From contig DASUMN010000063.1 of NCBI GenBank assembly GCA_036277675.1, positions 1-35,292 on the forward strand: DNA of 35,292 nt, in the 5' to 3' direction. The DNA comes from Nitrospira sp. (GTDB lineage: Bacteria > Nitrospirota > Nitrospiria > Nitrospirales > Nitrospiraceae). Below, in pieces: positions 1 through 9,012 of this stretch (its first letter is position 1; each line of letters opens with the position of its first letter). The position numbers and the translations under genes were made by a program. The notes under the pieces are model-generated. The model saw only the letters and a list, made by a program, of their open reading frames with translations. It had not been told where the DNA came from and made no database searches.

Positions 1-698
1 AGGGTGGCCGGCCGCTGATCGTCCAGCGCGTGATACAGCACATGGGCCGTCATCATCGTGGCGACGCCGTGCGCCGACGCATGGCGGAAGGGAGGGAATT
101 CGACTTGTTCCAACCGCTCGCGCGGCGCCGTGACCACGGGCAACTCCTTGTGCGAGTCCGCATTGGTATCGCCGTGGCCGGGAAAATGTTTGCCACAGGC
201 GACGACGCCGTTGTCCTGCAAGCCTCCCACCGTCGCCTCACCCATCACGCAGACAGGCGCCGGCGTGGAGCCGAACGCGCGATCGCCGATGACCGGATTC
301 GCGGGATTGCTGTTCACATCGAGGACGGGCGACATATTCATGTTAATGCCGACGGCCTTCAACTCCTTGGCCGTCGTGGCCGCCGCCGCATAGGCCAGCT
401 CGGACGAATTGCACCGCCCCAGCACGTCGGAAGGAGGGAAAATCGTGAACTCCTTCGGCAACCGTGAAACTCGCCCCCCTTCTTGATCGATCGAAATCAA
501 CAGCGGCGCATGCGGGCTGCATCGTTGCAGTGCATTCGTCAGATCGACGATCTGTTCGACTGATTCGAGGTTTCTCGAAAATAGAATGACGCCGCCGGGC
601 TTGAATTCTTTGATAAACGCCGCGAGATCCGACGACACGGCTGTGCCGTCGAACCCCACCATGAAGAGCTGGCCGATCTGCTCGCGCGAAGTAGGCAT
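1..698 (-). CDS. nagZ: Beta-N-acetylhexosaminidase (GH3), 3' end runs off the window
   Basis: Manual translation from ATG 698 gives MPTSREQIGQLFMVGFDG...GGVILFSRN...IDQEGGRVSRL...GKHFPGHGDTNADSH. It contains the GH3 DQEGG and NagZ KHFPGHG-D-x-x-x-D-S-H motifs, and AGGA lies upstream. It is absent from the ORF track because there is no stop codon in the window. Confidence 0.92.
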   Translation of the reverse strand, partial: MPTSREQIGQLFMVGFDGTAVSSDLAAFIKEFKPGGVILFSRNLESVEQIVDLTNALQRCSPHAPLLISIDQEGGRVSRLPKEFTIFPPSDVLGRCNSSELAYAAAATTAKELKAVGINMNMSPVLDVNSNPANPVIGDRAFGSTPAPVCVMGEATVGGLQDNGVVACGKHFPGHGDTNADSHKELPVVTAPRERLEQVEFPPFRHASAHGVATMMTAHVLYHALDDQRPAT

Positions 699-712
699 AG
701 CGTTCCTGTGGC

Positions 713-882
713 TCAGGGTGTTCGGTCGATGAGATATTGGATCAGCAGCCTGGTCCCGATCCCGGTCGGCCCCTGGGTGCTATCGGCCCCGTTCACGTTC
801 GCTTCAATCAGTACTGGCGACATCGAGATGCACCCAGGGACAGTCGCCGGAAAATTTGCTTAAACACTGCCTTGGTCAGCAT
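713..882 (-). pseudogene. Degenerate second copy of the pepA 3' end (~56 codons)
   Basis: Translates as ..LSKFSGDCPWVHLDVASTD*SERER(+1)ADSTQGPTGIGTRLLIQYLIDRTP*, versus PepA ..LSKFAGDWPWVHLDIASTDWSERERAYIPKGPTGIGTRLLIQYLMDRAL*. It has an internal TGA and frameshifts. Confidence 0.9.
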
Positions 883-886
883 TCAT

Positions 887-2398
887 CTACAGCGCGCGGT
901 CCATCAAATACTGAATCAGCAACCTGGTGCCGATTCCCGTAGGGCCTTTGGGAATATAGGCCCGTTCCCGTTCGCTCCAATCGGTGCTGGCGATGTCGAG
1001 ATGCACCCACGGCCAGTCTCCGGCGAACTTGCTGAGGAACAGCGCGGCGGTAATCATGCCGCCTCCGCGCCCACCGATGTTCCGCATGTCGGCCACATCG
1101 CTCTTGAGCTGCTCAAAATACTCGTCCCAGAGCGGCATCTCCCAGACACGCTCCCCCGCGCGGACTCCCGCCTTGCGCACCGATTCTTTCAGGACATCAT
1201 CGGTGCTGAACATCCCGATGGCAAACTGGCCGAGCGCGACGACACAGGCGCCGGTCAGGGTCGCGATGTCGATCAGCGCGGCTGGTTTGTACCTCGCGGC
1301 ATACGCAAGCGCGTCCGCCAGAATCAGACGCCCTTCGGCATCCGTGTTCTGCACCTCGACCGTTTTTCCGGAGAGCGTCGTGACAATGTCACCCGGTTTC
1401 ATCGCCCGGCCGCCGGGCATATTCTCCGTCGTCGGCAGGATGCTCACCAGGTTGAGCGGCAGCTTCAGCCGGGCCGCGGCCCGCATCGCCGCCAGGACCT
1501 CGGCGCCGCCCGTCATATCCGCCTTCATGTGTTCCATGTTCTCCGCCGGCTTCAGCGAGATCCCGCCGGTGTCGAACGTGACCGTTTTCCCGACGAGGAC
1601 GACGGGACGGTCGTCTTTCTTGCGGGCGCCGCGGTATTCAAGAATGATGAATTTCGGCGGCTCGTGGCTGCCCCGCGCGACCCCGAGCAACGCGCCCATG
1701 CCCAGCTTCTCCATGTCTTTTTGCTCAAGAATCTTCAAGGCTACGCCGGTTTCTTTTGCGATGGCTTTTGCTTCCTGAGCGATCCTGGTCGGTGTCATGA
1801 CATTGGACGGATGGTTGCAGAGGTCCCGGACGAAAATGGTCGCTTCTGCCGTCGCGGTTCCCCGACGTACACCCTCCGAGAGATCGCGCAACTCCGCTTT
1901 ATCCCGAGCCGACAGTGTCATGGAGTCCACGTCGTAGCCCGCCCCTCGCTCGCTGCGATACTCGTTGAATCGGTAGCTGCCCAAGACAGCCCCCTCAACC
2001 ATCGCCTGGGCGACGTCACTGGGGGAGGAGCCCTTTGGAACGATGGCGGGGACGGTCACGGTGAAAGTCGCGGCTTTGGCCTGCCGGACTCGTTTCACGG
2101 CATACCCCAGCGCCTGGCGGATTGTGTCCAGCCCGACGGAGGTCGTTTTCCCCAGACCCACGAGCAACACCCGCTTCGCGGGAATCTTCCGGTGGGTATG
2201 GAGCAACGCCGTTTCTGCCGTCTTGCCCTCAAACTCTTTGGACTTCAGCAACTCCGTGAGGGCGCCTCCCAGCACGTGATCAATCGGCGCCGCGTCGTCC
2301 TGCGAGAGGCCGGCCCCCTCGCAATGCAGCAGCACCAGCACGTCCGTGGCGTCCCTGTCCACACGCCCGACTTTTACGTTTACCTGCATGATCTTCAT
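887..2398 (-). CDS. pepA: Leucyl aminopeptidase (M17)
   Basis: M17 metal-binding motifs VGKTVTFDTGGISLK, MKADMTG and NTDAEGRL. Start placed at MKIMQ (2398) behind an AAGGA RBS; the ORF track extends to 2455. Confidence 0.95.
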   Translation of the reverse strand: MKIMQVNVKVGRVDRDATDVLVLLHCEGAGLSQDDAAPIDHVLGGALTELLKSKEFEGKTAETALLHTHRKIPAKRVLLVGLGKTTSVGLDTIRQALGYAVKRVRQAKAATFTVTVPAIVPKGSSPSDVAQAMVEGAVLGSYRFNEYRSERGAGYDVDSMTLSARDKAELRDLSEGVRRGTATAEATIFVRDLCNHPSNVMTPTRIAQEAKAIAKETGVALKILEQKDMEKLGMGALLGVARGSHEPPKFIILEYRGARKKDDRPVVLVGKTVTFDTGGISLKPAENMEHMKADMTGGAEVLAAMRAAARLKLPLNLVSILPTTENMPGGRAMKPGDIVTTLSGKTVEVQNTDAEGRLILADALAYAARYKPAALIDIATLTGACVVALGQFAIGMFSTDDVLKESVRKAGVRAGERVWEMPLWDEYFEQLKSDVADMRNIGGRGGGMITAALFLSKFAGDWPWVHLDIASTDWSERERAYIPKGPTGIGTRLLIQYLMDRAL

Positions 2399-2414
2399 CC
2401 GCAATTCCTTTCTT

Positions 2415-2442
2415 TCTCGCGCTTCACGCGTCACACAGCACG
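2415..2442. repeat. Four degenerate heptamers (tctcgcg cttcacg cgtcaca cagcacg)
   Basis: 7-bp periodicity in the queE-pepA spacer; same unit type as 16959-17028 and 26372-26475. Confidence 0.45.
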
Positions 2443-2459
2443 AATCAGGTATCACATCC

Positions 2460-3095
2460 TCACACGCCCCGCATATCCGACGACCAGATTAGTTTGTGTA
2501 ACTGCAGCTGAAACCGCACCGGCAACCGGTCGGCCAGCACCCATTCGGCAAGGTGCCGTGGATCCAATATGCCGAACACCGGGCTGAACAGCACAGGGCA
2601 CCGGCGGTCCAGCTGGAACCGTGCAACCGTCTCCTTCGCCCACTCATAGTCGGCTCGATCGGTGATAACGAATTTGGCTTCGTCGTGCGCGCGCAGCCGC
2701 TCGACATTCGGCCAATACATGCGATCCGACATGCCGCTGCCCGGACATTTGACGTCCAAGATGATGCGTACTCGGAGATCGACGCCCGCCGTCTCGATGG
2801 CTCCGCTGGTTTCGAGCAAGACCGTGAACCCCTCGTCGCAAAGCCGAGCCAGCAACGCGGGACACTCCGATTGTGCCAGCGGTTCGCCTCCAGTGACTTC
2901 CACCAATGGACAGCCATATGAACGAACCCGATCCACGACGGCCTCGGGCGACACATCGGAACCGCCATAAAAAGCGTATTCCGTATCACACCAGGTACAG
3001 CGAAGCGGACAACCGGTGAGACGCACAAATACACAAGGCAGTCCGGCAAACGTGGATTCCCCTTGAATGCTATGAAAAATTTCGGTGACGCGCAT
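2460..3095 (-). CDS. queE: 7-carboxy-7-deazaguanine synthase (radical SAM)
   Basis: EIFHSIQGE, VFVRLTGCPLRCTWCDT (CxxxCxxC), VTGGEP and C-terminal QLHK motifs. Confidence 0.93.
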   Translation of the reverse strand: MRVTEIFHSIQGESTFAGLPCVFVRLTGCPLRCTWCDTEYAFYGGSDVSPEAVVDRVRSYGCPLVEVTGGEPLAQSECPALLARLCDEGFTVLLETSGAIETAGVDLRVRIILDVKCPGSGMSDRMYWPNVERLRAHDEAKFVITDRADYEWAKETVARFQLDRRCPVLFSPVFGILDPRHLAEWVLADRLPVRFQLQLHKLIWSSDMRGV

Positions 3096-3115
3096 GGATC
3101 AGATTGAGAAGACGA

Positions 3116-3802
3116 TTATGCCCATCGTTGAATCGGCCAGTGCCGCCGCTTGGCGATGCGGGCCATCCCTCGGATGGGGTTGACGACCGTGGGGTATCCG
3201 ACTGCGTTCAACAGGTCGAAGTCACCTGGACTGTCGCCGTAGGCGTAACACTGAGACAGGTCCAGCGTCAGATCCTGCGCCAACTGCTCGATCACATGCC
3301 GCTTGCCCTCTCCGTATGGAAAGGGAGAGAGGAGATGACCGGTATAGACGCCGTTGACCTGTTCTAATCGGCCGGCGAACCATCGTTCGACTTGTAAGGC
3401 GGTTGCAATGGGCTCGATCAGAAAATCGAGCGAGCCGCTCAAGAGCACGATCGTATGACCGGCCTGCCGGTGCTCCTCCATCTGCCGCATGGCCGCGGGA
3501 GAGACAGAGGGGCATACATGCTCGCGGCAAAACTCTTCTCCCAGTGGTTCAATTACTTGCGCCGGTTTTCCTGCCAGATACAGTTTGCGTTCTCGAAGCG
3601 GACTCAACGAGAGGCTGGGCAGGTGCTGGAGCAGCCACCAGAGGCTCACGCGCGCTTCGGGCCATCCGACGACACCGCGACGCCACAGCCACCGAAAGAA
3701 TCGCCGCTCGCTCGCCTCGCCGGGCAAGAGCGTGTTGTCGACGTCGAAGAACGCGGCAACGGACGAAGCAAGATGTCTCGTTGTGATGGTCGGGTATGTC
3801 AT
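3116..3802 (-). CDS. HAD-superfamily IB hydrolase (SerB-like)
   Basis: Motif I FFDVDNTL, motif II LSGS, conserved K, motif IV AYGDSPGD. Confidence 0.88.
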   Translation of the reverse strand: MTYPTITTRHLASSVAAFFDVDNTLLPGEASERRFFRWLWRRGVVGWPEARVSLWWLLQHLPSLSLSPLRERKLYLAGKPAQVIEPLGEEFCREHVCPSVSPAAMRQMEEHRQAGHTIVLLSGSLDFLIEPIATALQVERWFAGRLEQVNGVYTGHLLSPFPYGEGKRHVIEQLAQDLTLDLSQCYAYGDSPGDFDLLNAVGYPTVVNPIRGMARIAKRRHWPIQRWA

Positions 3803-3830
3803 CTGTATGCGGGCGTGAAATCAGAGGCCG

Positions 3831-3859
3831 ATTCTACCGGAGGGTCCCTTCGTTGACAA
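3831..3859 (-). promoter_or_regulatory. Sigma70-type promoter for the HAD gene (and probably queE-pepA-nagZ)
   Basis: Minus strand TTGTCA(3859-3854)-N17-TAGAAT(3836-3831), about 30 bp upstream of the HAD ATG. Confidence 0.6.
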
Positions 3860-3882
3860 GAAATTTGCCCTACTTCTATAAT
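3853..3882 (+). promoter_or_regulatory. Consensus sigma70 promoter for tRNA-Leu
   Basis: TTGACA(3853-3858)-N18-TATAAT(3877-3882), followed by GC-rich GCGC. Confidence 0.75.
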
Positions 3883-3922
3883 GCGCACTCTTTTCCCCTC
3901 GTCGCTGACTCGGGGCCTTACC

Positions 3923-4111
3923 GCAGGATGGTCAAACAAGCCTGCTGCAAGGCCGCAGCGAACAAAAGCCCGAGGAGGTACATACCAAGCTTCGCTTGAA
4001 CCGCTCGCTTCGATCAAATGCGAGCGGATAAGTACTGTGCCTTCGGCTTTGGTCCGTTGAGGGTGTGAGCGATGCGAGAACGCAGTGGCAGGCTTCGTTT
4101 CAACATCCTGC
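3923..4111. mobile_element. MITE-like non-autonomous element with ~23-bp imperfect terminal inverted repeats
   Basis: Left end GCAGGATGGTCAAACAAGCCTGC; reverse complement of right end GCAGGATGTTGAAACGAAGCCTGC. Internal hairpin CCGCTCGC...GCGAGCGG. No credible internal ORF. Confidence 0.7.
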
Positions 4112-4116
4112 TGAGT

Positions 4117-4200
4117 GCCGAAGTGGTGGAATGGCAGACACGCACGTTTGAGGGGCGTGTGGCGCAAGCCGTGCGGGTTCAAGTCCCGCCTTCGGCACCA
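4117..4200 (+). tRNA. tRNA-Leu (GAG)
   Basis: GCCGAAG/CTTCGGC acceptor stem, anticodon loop TT-GAG-GG, long variable arm, GGTTCAAGTCC T-arm, encoded CCA. Confidence 0.97.
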
Positions 4201-4325
4201 AGATTCTTCTCCGGACGTCCTCCAACCAGGCGAACGAAATACCTTTCCCCAAAGCCACCGCCGCATACCGCCCAGTTCGCCGCGCCTTCAAACGGAACTC
4301 AATGTCCTTCTGAAAGGGAACCTTC

Positions 4326-7300
4326 ATGACGGCTCCAACCACATTGCCTGACGCACTGGCTGTAATCGAAGAGTTGCGGGGCCAAGTCCGCGACCTGCTC
4401 CGTTTATTGGGGCAAGACGCGAAGCCGAGCGCCACAGAGGTCAGTGCTGCACCGGCAAAGACGATGGACCCGCATGAATTCTCGGAAGGGCTGGTTTCAA
4501 AACAGGCGGGGAAAGAGGCCTCCCAACACTTTCTCGATCTTCACCAGATGATCGAGACCGTCCCGGATGTCATCTTCAAACTGGACCTCCAGGGCAACCT
4601 GGCGGGGTGGAACAAGCGTTTGGCAATCGTCACCGGCTTCACTTCACAAGAACTCAATGGCAGACCCGCGCTGTCCTTTGTGCCTGACCATGAACACGCC
4701 CAGACGGCGGCCGCCATTCAGCAGGCATTCGAGGACGGGTACGCCGAACTAGAAGGGCATATGCTCACCAAAGCCCAGCTCACGATTCCGTACCATTGGA
4801 CCGGGGCCGCGCTCAAGAACGAAGAGGGCCGGGTCATCGGTATCACCGGTGTCGGACGGGACGTATCCGAAAAGAGGCGGATTCAAGCGGAACTCAAGAG
4901 GCAACGGCAACAGCTCCTTTCGGCGCAAGCACTGGCCCATGTCGGCAGTTGGGAGTGGGACATATCATCGGGAGACATGGAGTGGTCGGAGGAACAGTTC
5001 CGGATTTTCGGCCACGAACCGGGAACCATCCAGACGACGTATGAGGTGATTCTCGCCGCGGTACTGCCGGACGATCACGACCGCGTCTTCACCGCGATCG
5101 AGACCGTGTTGAAAGGAATGGGAACCTTGGACGTGGAATGCCGGATCGTCCGCCCCAACGGTGAGATCCGAAACATCCACTGCCGTGGTGAGATTGTCCC
5201 AGACCACGCGGGCCATCCTGCCCGGATGTCCGGCAGCACGTTGGATATCACGAACCGCAAGCAGGCGGAATTGTCGCTACAGCAGAGTGAAGCGCATTTC
5301 CGCGCCTTGATCGAACATTCTTCCGACATCATCACCGTGCTTAACCTCGACGGAACGATCCGATTTGAGAGTCCGTCCTTCGAACGGCTGCTCGGATACC
5401 AGCAGCACGAGATAGACGGCCGGATCGCTTTTGACTTCGTACACCAGGATGACCTTCCGACCGTGCTCGAAAAGTTTCAGCTGGTCGTGCAGCGACCGGG
5501 CGAGGCCCAAACCGCCGAATTCCGGTTTCGTCACAAAGACGGCTCCTGGCTGGTCCTCGAAGGAATCGGCCGGTCCATCCTTGATACAGAAGGGCAACGC
5601 TGCGTCATTGTGAATTCTCGTGACGTGACTGAGCGTAAGCGCTCGGAAGCAGCGCTGATTCGAAGCCACGGCTTACTCACATCCTTTGTCGAGCACACGC
5701 CCGCAGCGGTGGCTATGCTGGACAAGGATCTCCGGTATGTTGCGGTCAGTCGTCGCTGGCTGCAAGACTACCGACTTGGCGACCAAAACCTCATCGGCAA
5801 ATTTCATTACGACGTGTTTCCGGAAATTCGAGAGTTGAAAGAATGGCAAGCAATCCATCGGCGCTGTTTGAACGGAGAAGTGGAACGTCGCGAAGAAGAT
5901 CGGTTTATTCGCGCAGACGGATCCGAAGACTGGCTCCGATGGGAGGTGCGTCCCTGGCACGATGTCATAGGTAGCATCGGCGGCATCATTATATTTACAG
6001 AGGTCATCACCGAGCGCAAGCGGGCGGAACAGGCGCTGAGGCTCAGCGAGGCCCGGTTCCGAACCATGGTGGAAGGCACCAGCGACTGGATGTGGGAGGT
6101 CGATGCTCAGGGGCGCTACACCTACTCTAGTCCAAGAGTACGGGACCTCTTGGGCTATGAGCCGGAAGAGGTGCTCGGCAAGACCCCCTTCGATTTCATG
6201 CTCCCGGAGGAAGCCAAACGGGTGGGCTTGCTCTTCGGTTCGATCGTCGAGGCACGGAGTCCGTTTGATCAGCTGGAGAACACCCAGCGTCATAAGGACG
6301 GCCCCCTGGTCGTGCTGGAGTGCCGCGGTGTGCCGATCCTCGATGCCGTTGGGACGCTGCGCGGCTATCGGGGATTCGATCGGGATATCACGATACAGAA
6401 GCAAGCAGAACAGGCGCTCAGAGCCTCCGAGGAAAAACTGAGGCAATCGCTTCTCGCCTCCAATACAGGCCTGTGGGACTGGAACACCGAGACCAACGAG
6501 GTGCGGCTCTCGCGAGAATGGAAGCGGCAGCTCGGATACGAGGCAGCGGAACTACCTGACACGTTCGAGAGTTGGGAGTCGCGGCTGCATCCCGATGATC
6601 GCGCCCGAGCTGTTACGTACGCCATGCAGTACCGCGACAATCCGGTCGGTGCATTCCAACTGGATTTTCGCTTGCTCCATAAGGATGGGACGTATCGGTG
6701 GATCAACTCGCACGCCTCGTTCGTGTCAGAACCGGACGGCCGACGCGTGCGCCTATTGGGCTCACACACCGACATCACCGAACGTAAACAGGCAGAAGAG
6801 ACATTGTTCGAAAGCGAAGCACGGTTCCGAACTCTCGTATCGAATATTCCAGGAGCGATCTATCGCTGCGCAGTGGACAAGGAGTGGACCATGTCCTACC
6901 TCAGCGAGGCGATTTTCGATATCGTCGGGTATCCGGCCGCGGAGTTCATCGGCAACCACACCCGTTCCTACGCCAGCGTGATTCATCCAGATGATCGCCA
7001 GCTGGTGGAGGACACGGTCTGGGCTGGCTTGCGGGGGCGCTGTTCCTATGTCCTTGAGTACCGCGTGATCCATGCGAACGGTACGGTCCGGTGGGTCTAC
7101 GAAAAAGGGCAGGGGGTGTTCACCCCGGATGGCGAGGTACGTTTCCTCGATGGCGCGATCTTCGACATCACGGAGCGCAAGCGGGCGGAAGCGGAGCTGC
7201 GGCGATCACACGCGTTCCTCCGCCAGGTGATCGACACTGACCCAAATTTCATTTTCGCGAAAGATCGTGCCGGGCGGTTCACCTTGGTGAACAAGGCGCT

Positions 7301-8249
7301 CGCCGATGCGTACGGCACGACGGTGGACAACCTGATTGGGAAAACGGAGGCCGATTTCAACCCGAACCGGGACGAGGTAGCGTTCTTTACCCAGCAGGAC
7401 ATTGAAGTCCTGGACTATCTGCAAGAACGGTTCATTCCGGAGGAGAGGATCACGGACGCCACTGGACACGTGCGCTGGCTCCAGACTGTCAAGCGGCCGA
7501 TTTTTGACGAAACAGAGCGGGCCACCATGGTCTTGGGCGCTTCGACCGACATTACCGAGCACAAGCGGATGGAAGAGGCGCTCCGCCGACGGGAGTCCGA
7601 TCTCCATGCCGCGATCGCGGAACGCGAACGAATCAGTGAGGACCTGCACGATGGCATTCTCCAATCCATTTACGCGATCGGCCTCGGCCTGGAAGCCTGC
7701 AAGCCGCTGATTGCGGATCAGCCCGAGAACTCCGGCGCGAAATTGAAAACGGAGCTTCAGCGGACGATTGGGCAGCTCAACCATGTGCTGGAGGAAGTGC
7801 GCAATTTCATCGCTGGGTTGGAATCGCGCATCTTGGATGGGCAAAAGTTCGACCTGGTATTGCGGACCATGGTGAGTGGCCTGGCCGCTTCGTATTCCAT
7901 CCCCTGCCGGGTGACGGTCGAGAAAGCCGCTGCGCAGCGGCTTTCGACCGAGCAGGCGTACCACGTCATGAACGTGGCGCGCGAAGCGTTGAGCAACAGT
8001 TTTCGTCATAGCCACGCCGATAAGATTGCGCTGTCGCTCAAGTGCCTGAACCACGCCGTCCGCCTGTCGGTGATCGATAATGGCGTGGGATTCAATCCGT
8101 CGACCGTCCGGGACACAGGCCATGGGTTGGCCAATATGGAGTCCCGGGCGAGCAAGATCGGTGGAACATTCACTCTGCTATCGAAACCACGGAGTGGAAC
8201 AAAAGTCCTACTGGATTTACCCAAGAGGTGCGCCGATGCCGACGACTAA
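4326..8249 (+). CDS. Soluble multi-PAS (8 PAS/PAC) sensor histidine kinase, HisKA_3 type
   Basis: Eight PAC-terminal D(I/V)(T/S)-like motifs, H-box ERERISEDLHDGILQ, N-box EALSNSFRHS, G-boxes DNGVGF and GHGLANM. No transmembrane stretch. Confidence 0.92.
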   Translation: MTAPTTLPDALAVIEELRGQVRDLLRLLGQDAKPSATEVSAAPAKTMDPHEFSEGLVSKQAGKEASQHFLDLHQMIETVPDVIFKLDLQGNLAGWNKRLAIVTGFTSQELNGRPALSFVPDHEHAQTAAAIQQAFEDGYAELEGHMLTKAQLTIPYHWTGAALKNEEGRVIGITGVGRDVSEKRRIQAELKRQRQQLLSAQALAHVGSWEWDISSGDMEWSEEQFRIFGHEPGTIQTTYEVILAAVLPDDHDRVFTAIETVLKGMGTLDVECRIVRPNGEIRNIHCRGEIVPDHAGHPARMSGSTLDITNRKQAELSLQQSEAHFRALIEHSSDIITVLNLDGTIRFESPSFERLLGYQQHEIDGRIAFDFVHQDDLPTVLEKFQLVVQRPGEAQTAEFRFRHKDGSWLVLEGIGRSILDTEGQRCVIVNSRDVTERKRSEAALIRSHGLLTSFVEHTPAAVAMLDKDLRYVAVSRRWLQDYRLGDQNLIGKFHYDVFPEIRELKEWQAIHRRCLNGEVERREEDRFIRADGSEDWLRWEVRPWHDVIGSIGGIIIFTEVITERKRAEQALRLSEARFRTMVEGTSDWMWEVDAQGRYTYSSPRVRDLLGYEPEEVLGKTPFDFMLPEEAKRVGLLFGSIVEARSPFDQLENTQRHKDGPLVVLECRGVPILDAVGTLRGYRGFDRDITIQKQAEQALRASEEKLRQSLLASNTGLWDWNTETNEVRLSREWKRQLGYEAAELPDTFESWESRLHPDDRARAVTYAMQYRDNPVGAFQLDFRLLHKDGTYRWINSHASFVSEPDGRRVRLLGSHTDITERKQAEETLFESEARFRTLVSNIPGAIYRCAVDKEWTMSYLSEAIFDIVGYPAAEFIGNHTRSYASVIHPDDRQLVEDTVWAGLRGRCSYVLEYRVIHANGTVRWVYEKGQGVFTPDGEVRFLDGAIFDITERKRAEAELRRSHAFLRQVIDTDPNFIFAKDRAGRFTLVNKALADAYGTTVDNLIGKTEADFNPNRDEVAFFTQQDIEVLDYLQERFIPEERITDATGHVRWLQTVKRPIFDETERATMVLGASTDITEHKRMEEALRRRESDLHAAIAERERISEDLHDGILQSIYAIGLGLEACKPLIADQPENSGAKLKTELQRTIGQLNHVLEEVRNFIAGLESRILDGQKFDLVLRTMVSGLAASYSIPCRVTVEKAAAQRLSTEQAYHVMNVAREALSNSFRHSHADKIALSLKCLNHAVRLSVIDNGVGFNPSTVRDTGHGLANMESRASKIGGTFTLLSKPRSGTKVLLDLPKRCADADD

Positions 8250-8889
8250 AACCAAGCAAGTCCGTGTATTACTCGTAGATGACCACGAGGTGGTCCGTGT
8301 GGGACTGCGGTCCGTGCTGAGCCAAAATCATGGTCTCGTCGTGGTGGGAGAAGCCGCAACCATGACCGAGGCGACGGCGACGGCCTCCACACTCAACCCG
8401 GACGTGATCCTGATGGACGTCCGCCTCCCTGACGGTTCTGGCGTCGATGCCTGCCGGGAGATTCTCGCCGTCTCGCCAGACACCCGGGTGCTGTTCCTGA
8501 CCTCGTACGCGGACGACGATTCAGTCCTGGCGGCGGTCTTGGCCGGGGCGCGAGGGTATGTCTTGAAAGAACTCGATTCCGCGTCGTTGATTCGCGCGAT
8601 TCATGCGGTGGCCGAAGGCCGTTCGATCCTCGATCCGGCGGTCACGGACCGGGCGCTTCGCTGGTTGCGGGGATTCGCCACCGGCACCGATCGCCCTGAA
8701 GAAAAGCTGTCTGCGCAAGAGGAGCGGGTGTTGGCCCTCGTCGCAGACGGAAAGACGAATAAGGAAATTGCCACAGAAATGGACTTGAGCGACAAGACCG
8801 TCAAGAACTACCTCGCCAGCGTGTTTCACAAGCTCCGCATTACCCGCCGCGCCCAAGCGGCGGCATTCTTCGTCAAGCGGCAGGCATGA
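8236..8889 (+). CDS. NarL/LuxR-family DNA-binding response regulator (DosR/DevR-like)
   Basis: LLVDDHEVVR, ILMDVRLPDGSG, C-terminal HTH GKTNKEIA...KTVKNY. ATG 8236 follows GAGGT and overlaps the kinase end. Confidence 0.92.
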   Translation: MPTTKTKQVRVLLVDDHEVVRVGLRSVLSQNHGLVVVGEAATMTEATATASTLNPDVILMDVRLPDGSGVDACREILAVSPDTRVLFLTSYADDDSVLAAVLAGARGYVLKELDSASLIRAIHAVAEGRSILDPAVTDRALRWLRGFATGTDRPEEKLSAQEERVLALVADGKTNKEIATEMDLSDKTVKNYLASVFHKLRITRRAQAAAFFVKRQA

Positions 8890-8903
8890 ATCGAGTCATC
8901 CGG

Positions 8904-8919
8904 CCCTAGTGCACTAGGG
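8904..8919. repeat. Perfect 16-bp palindrome CCCTAGTGCACTAGGG
   Basis: Self-reverse-complementary, 14 bp downstream of the regulator stop; hairpin or operator. Confidence 0.6.
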
Positions 8920-9012
8920 ATACATTCTCTCAGATTTCTCGCGCTTTCCATCTATGCGATGGGCTCGCCTAATCCGTAATATGGGCAGTATCGTGCTCCT
9001 GCGAGCGGAATC

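Noticed and set aside
713-1057. pepA relic and pepA end as a DGR template/variable repeat pair
   Set aside because: Differences are not adenine-specific but mostly synonymous third positions, and no reverse transcriptase is present in the window.
737-2587. 616-aa + strand ORF with an apparent internal repeat
   Set aside because: Antisense shadow of pepA; the repeat simply reflects the pepA relic on the other strand.
2460-3095. queE as part of a 7-deazaguanine DNA-modification (dpd) defence island
   Set aside because: No dpdA/tgt-like, queC or queD neighbours; the context is housekeeping.
3796-4435. Short ORFs overlapping the MITE and tRNA
   Set aside because: Explained by the tRNA and repeat element; no protein motifs.
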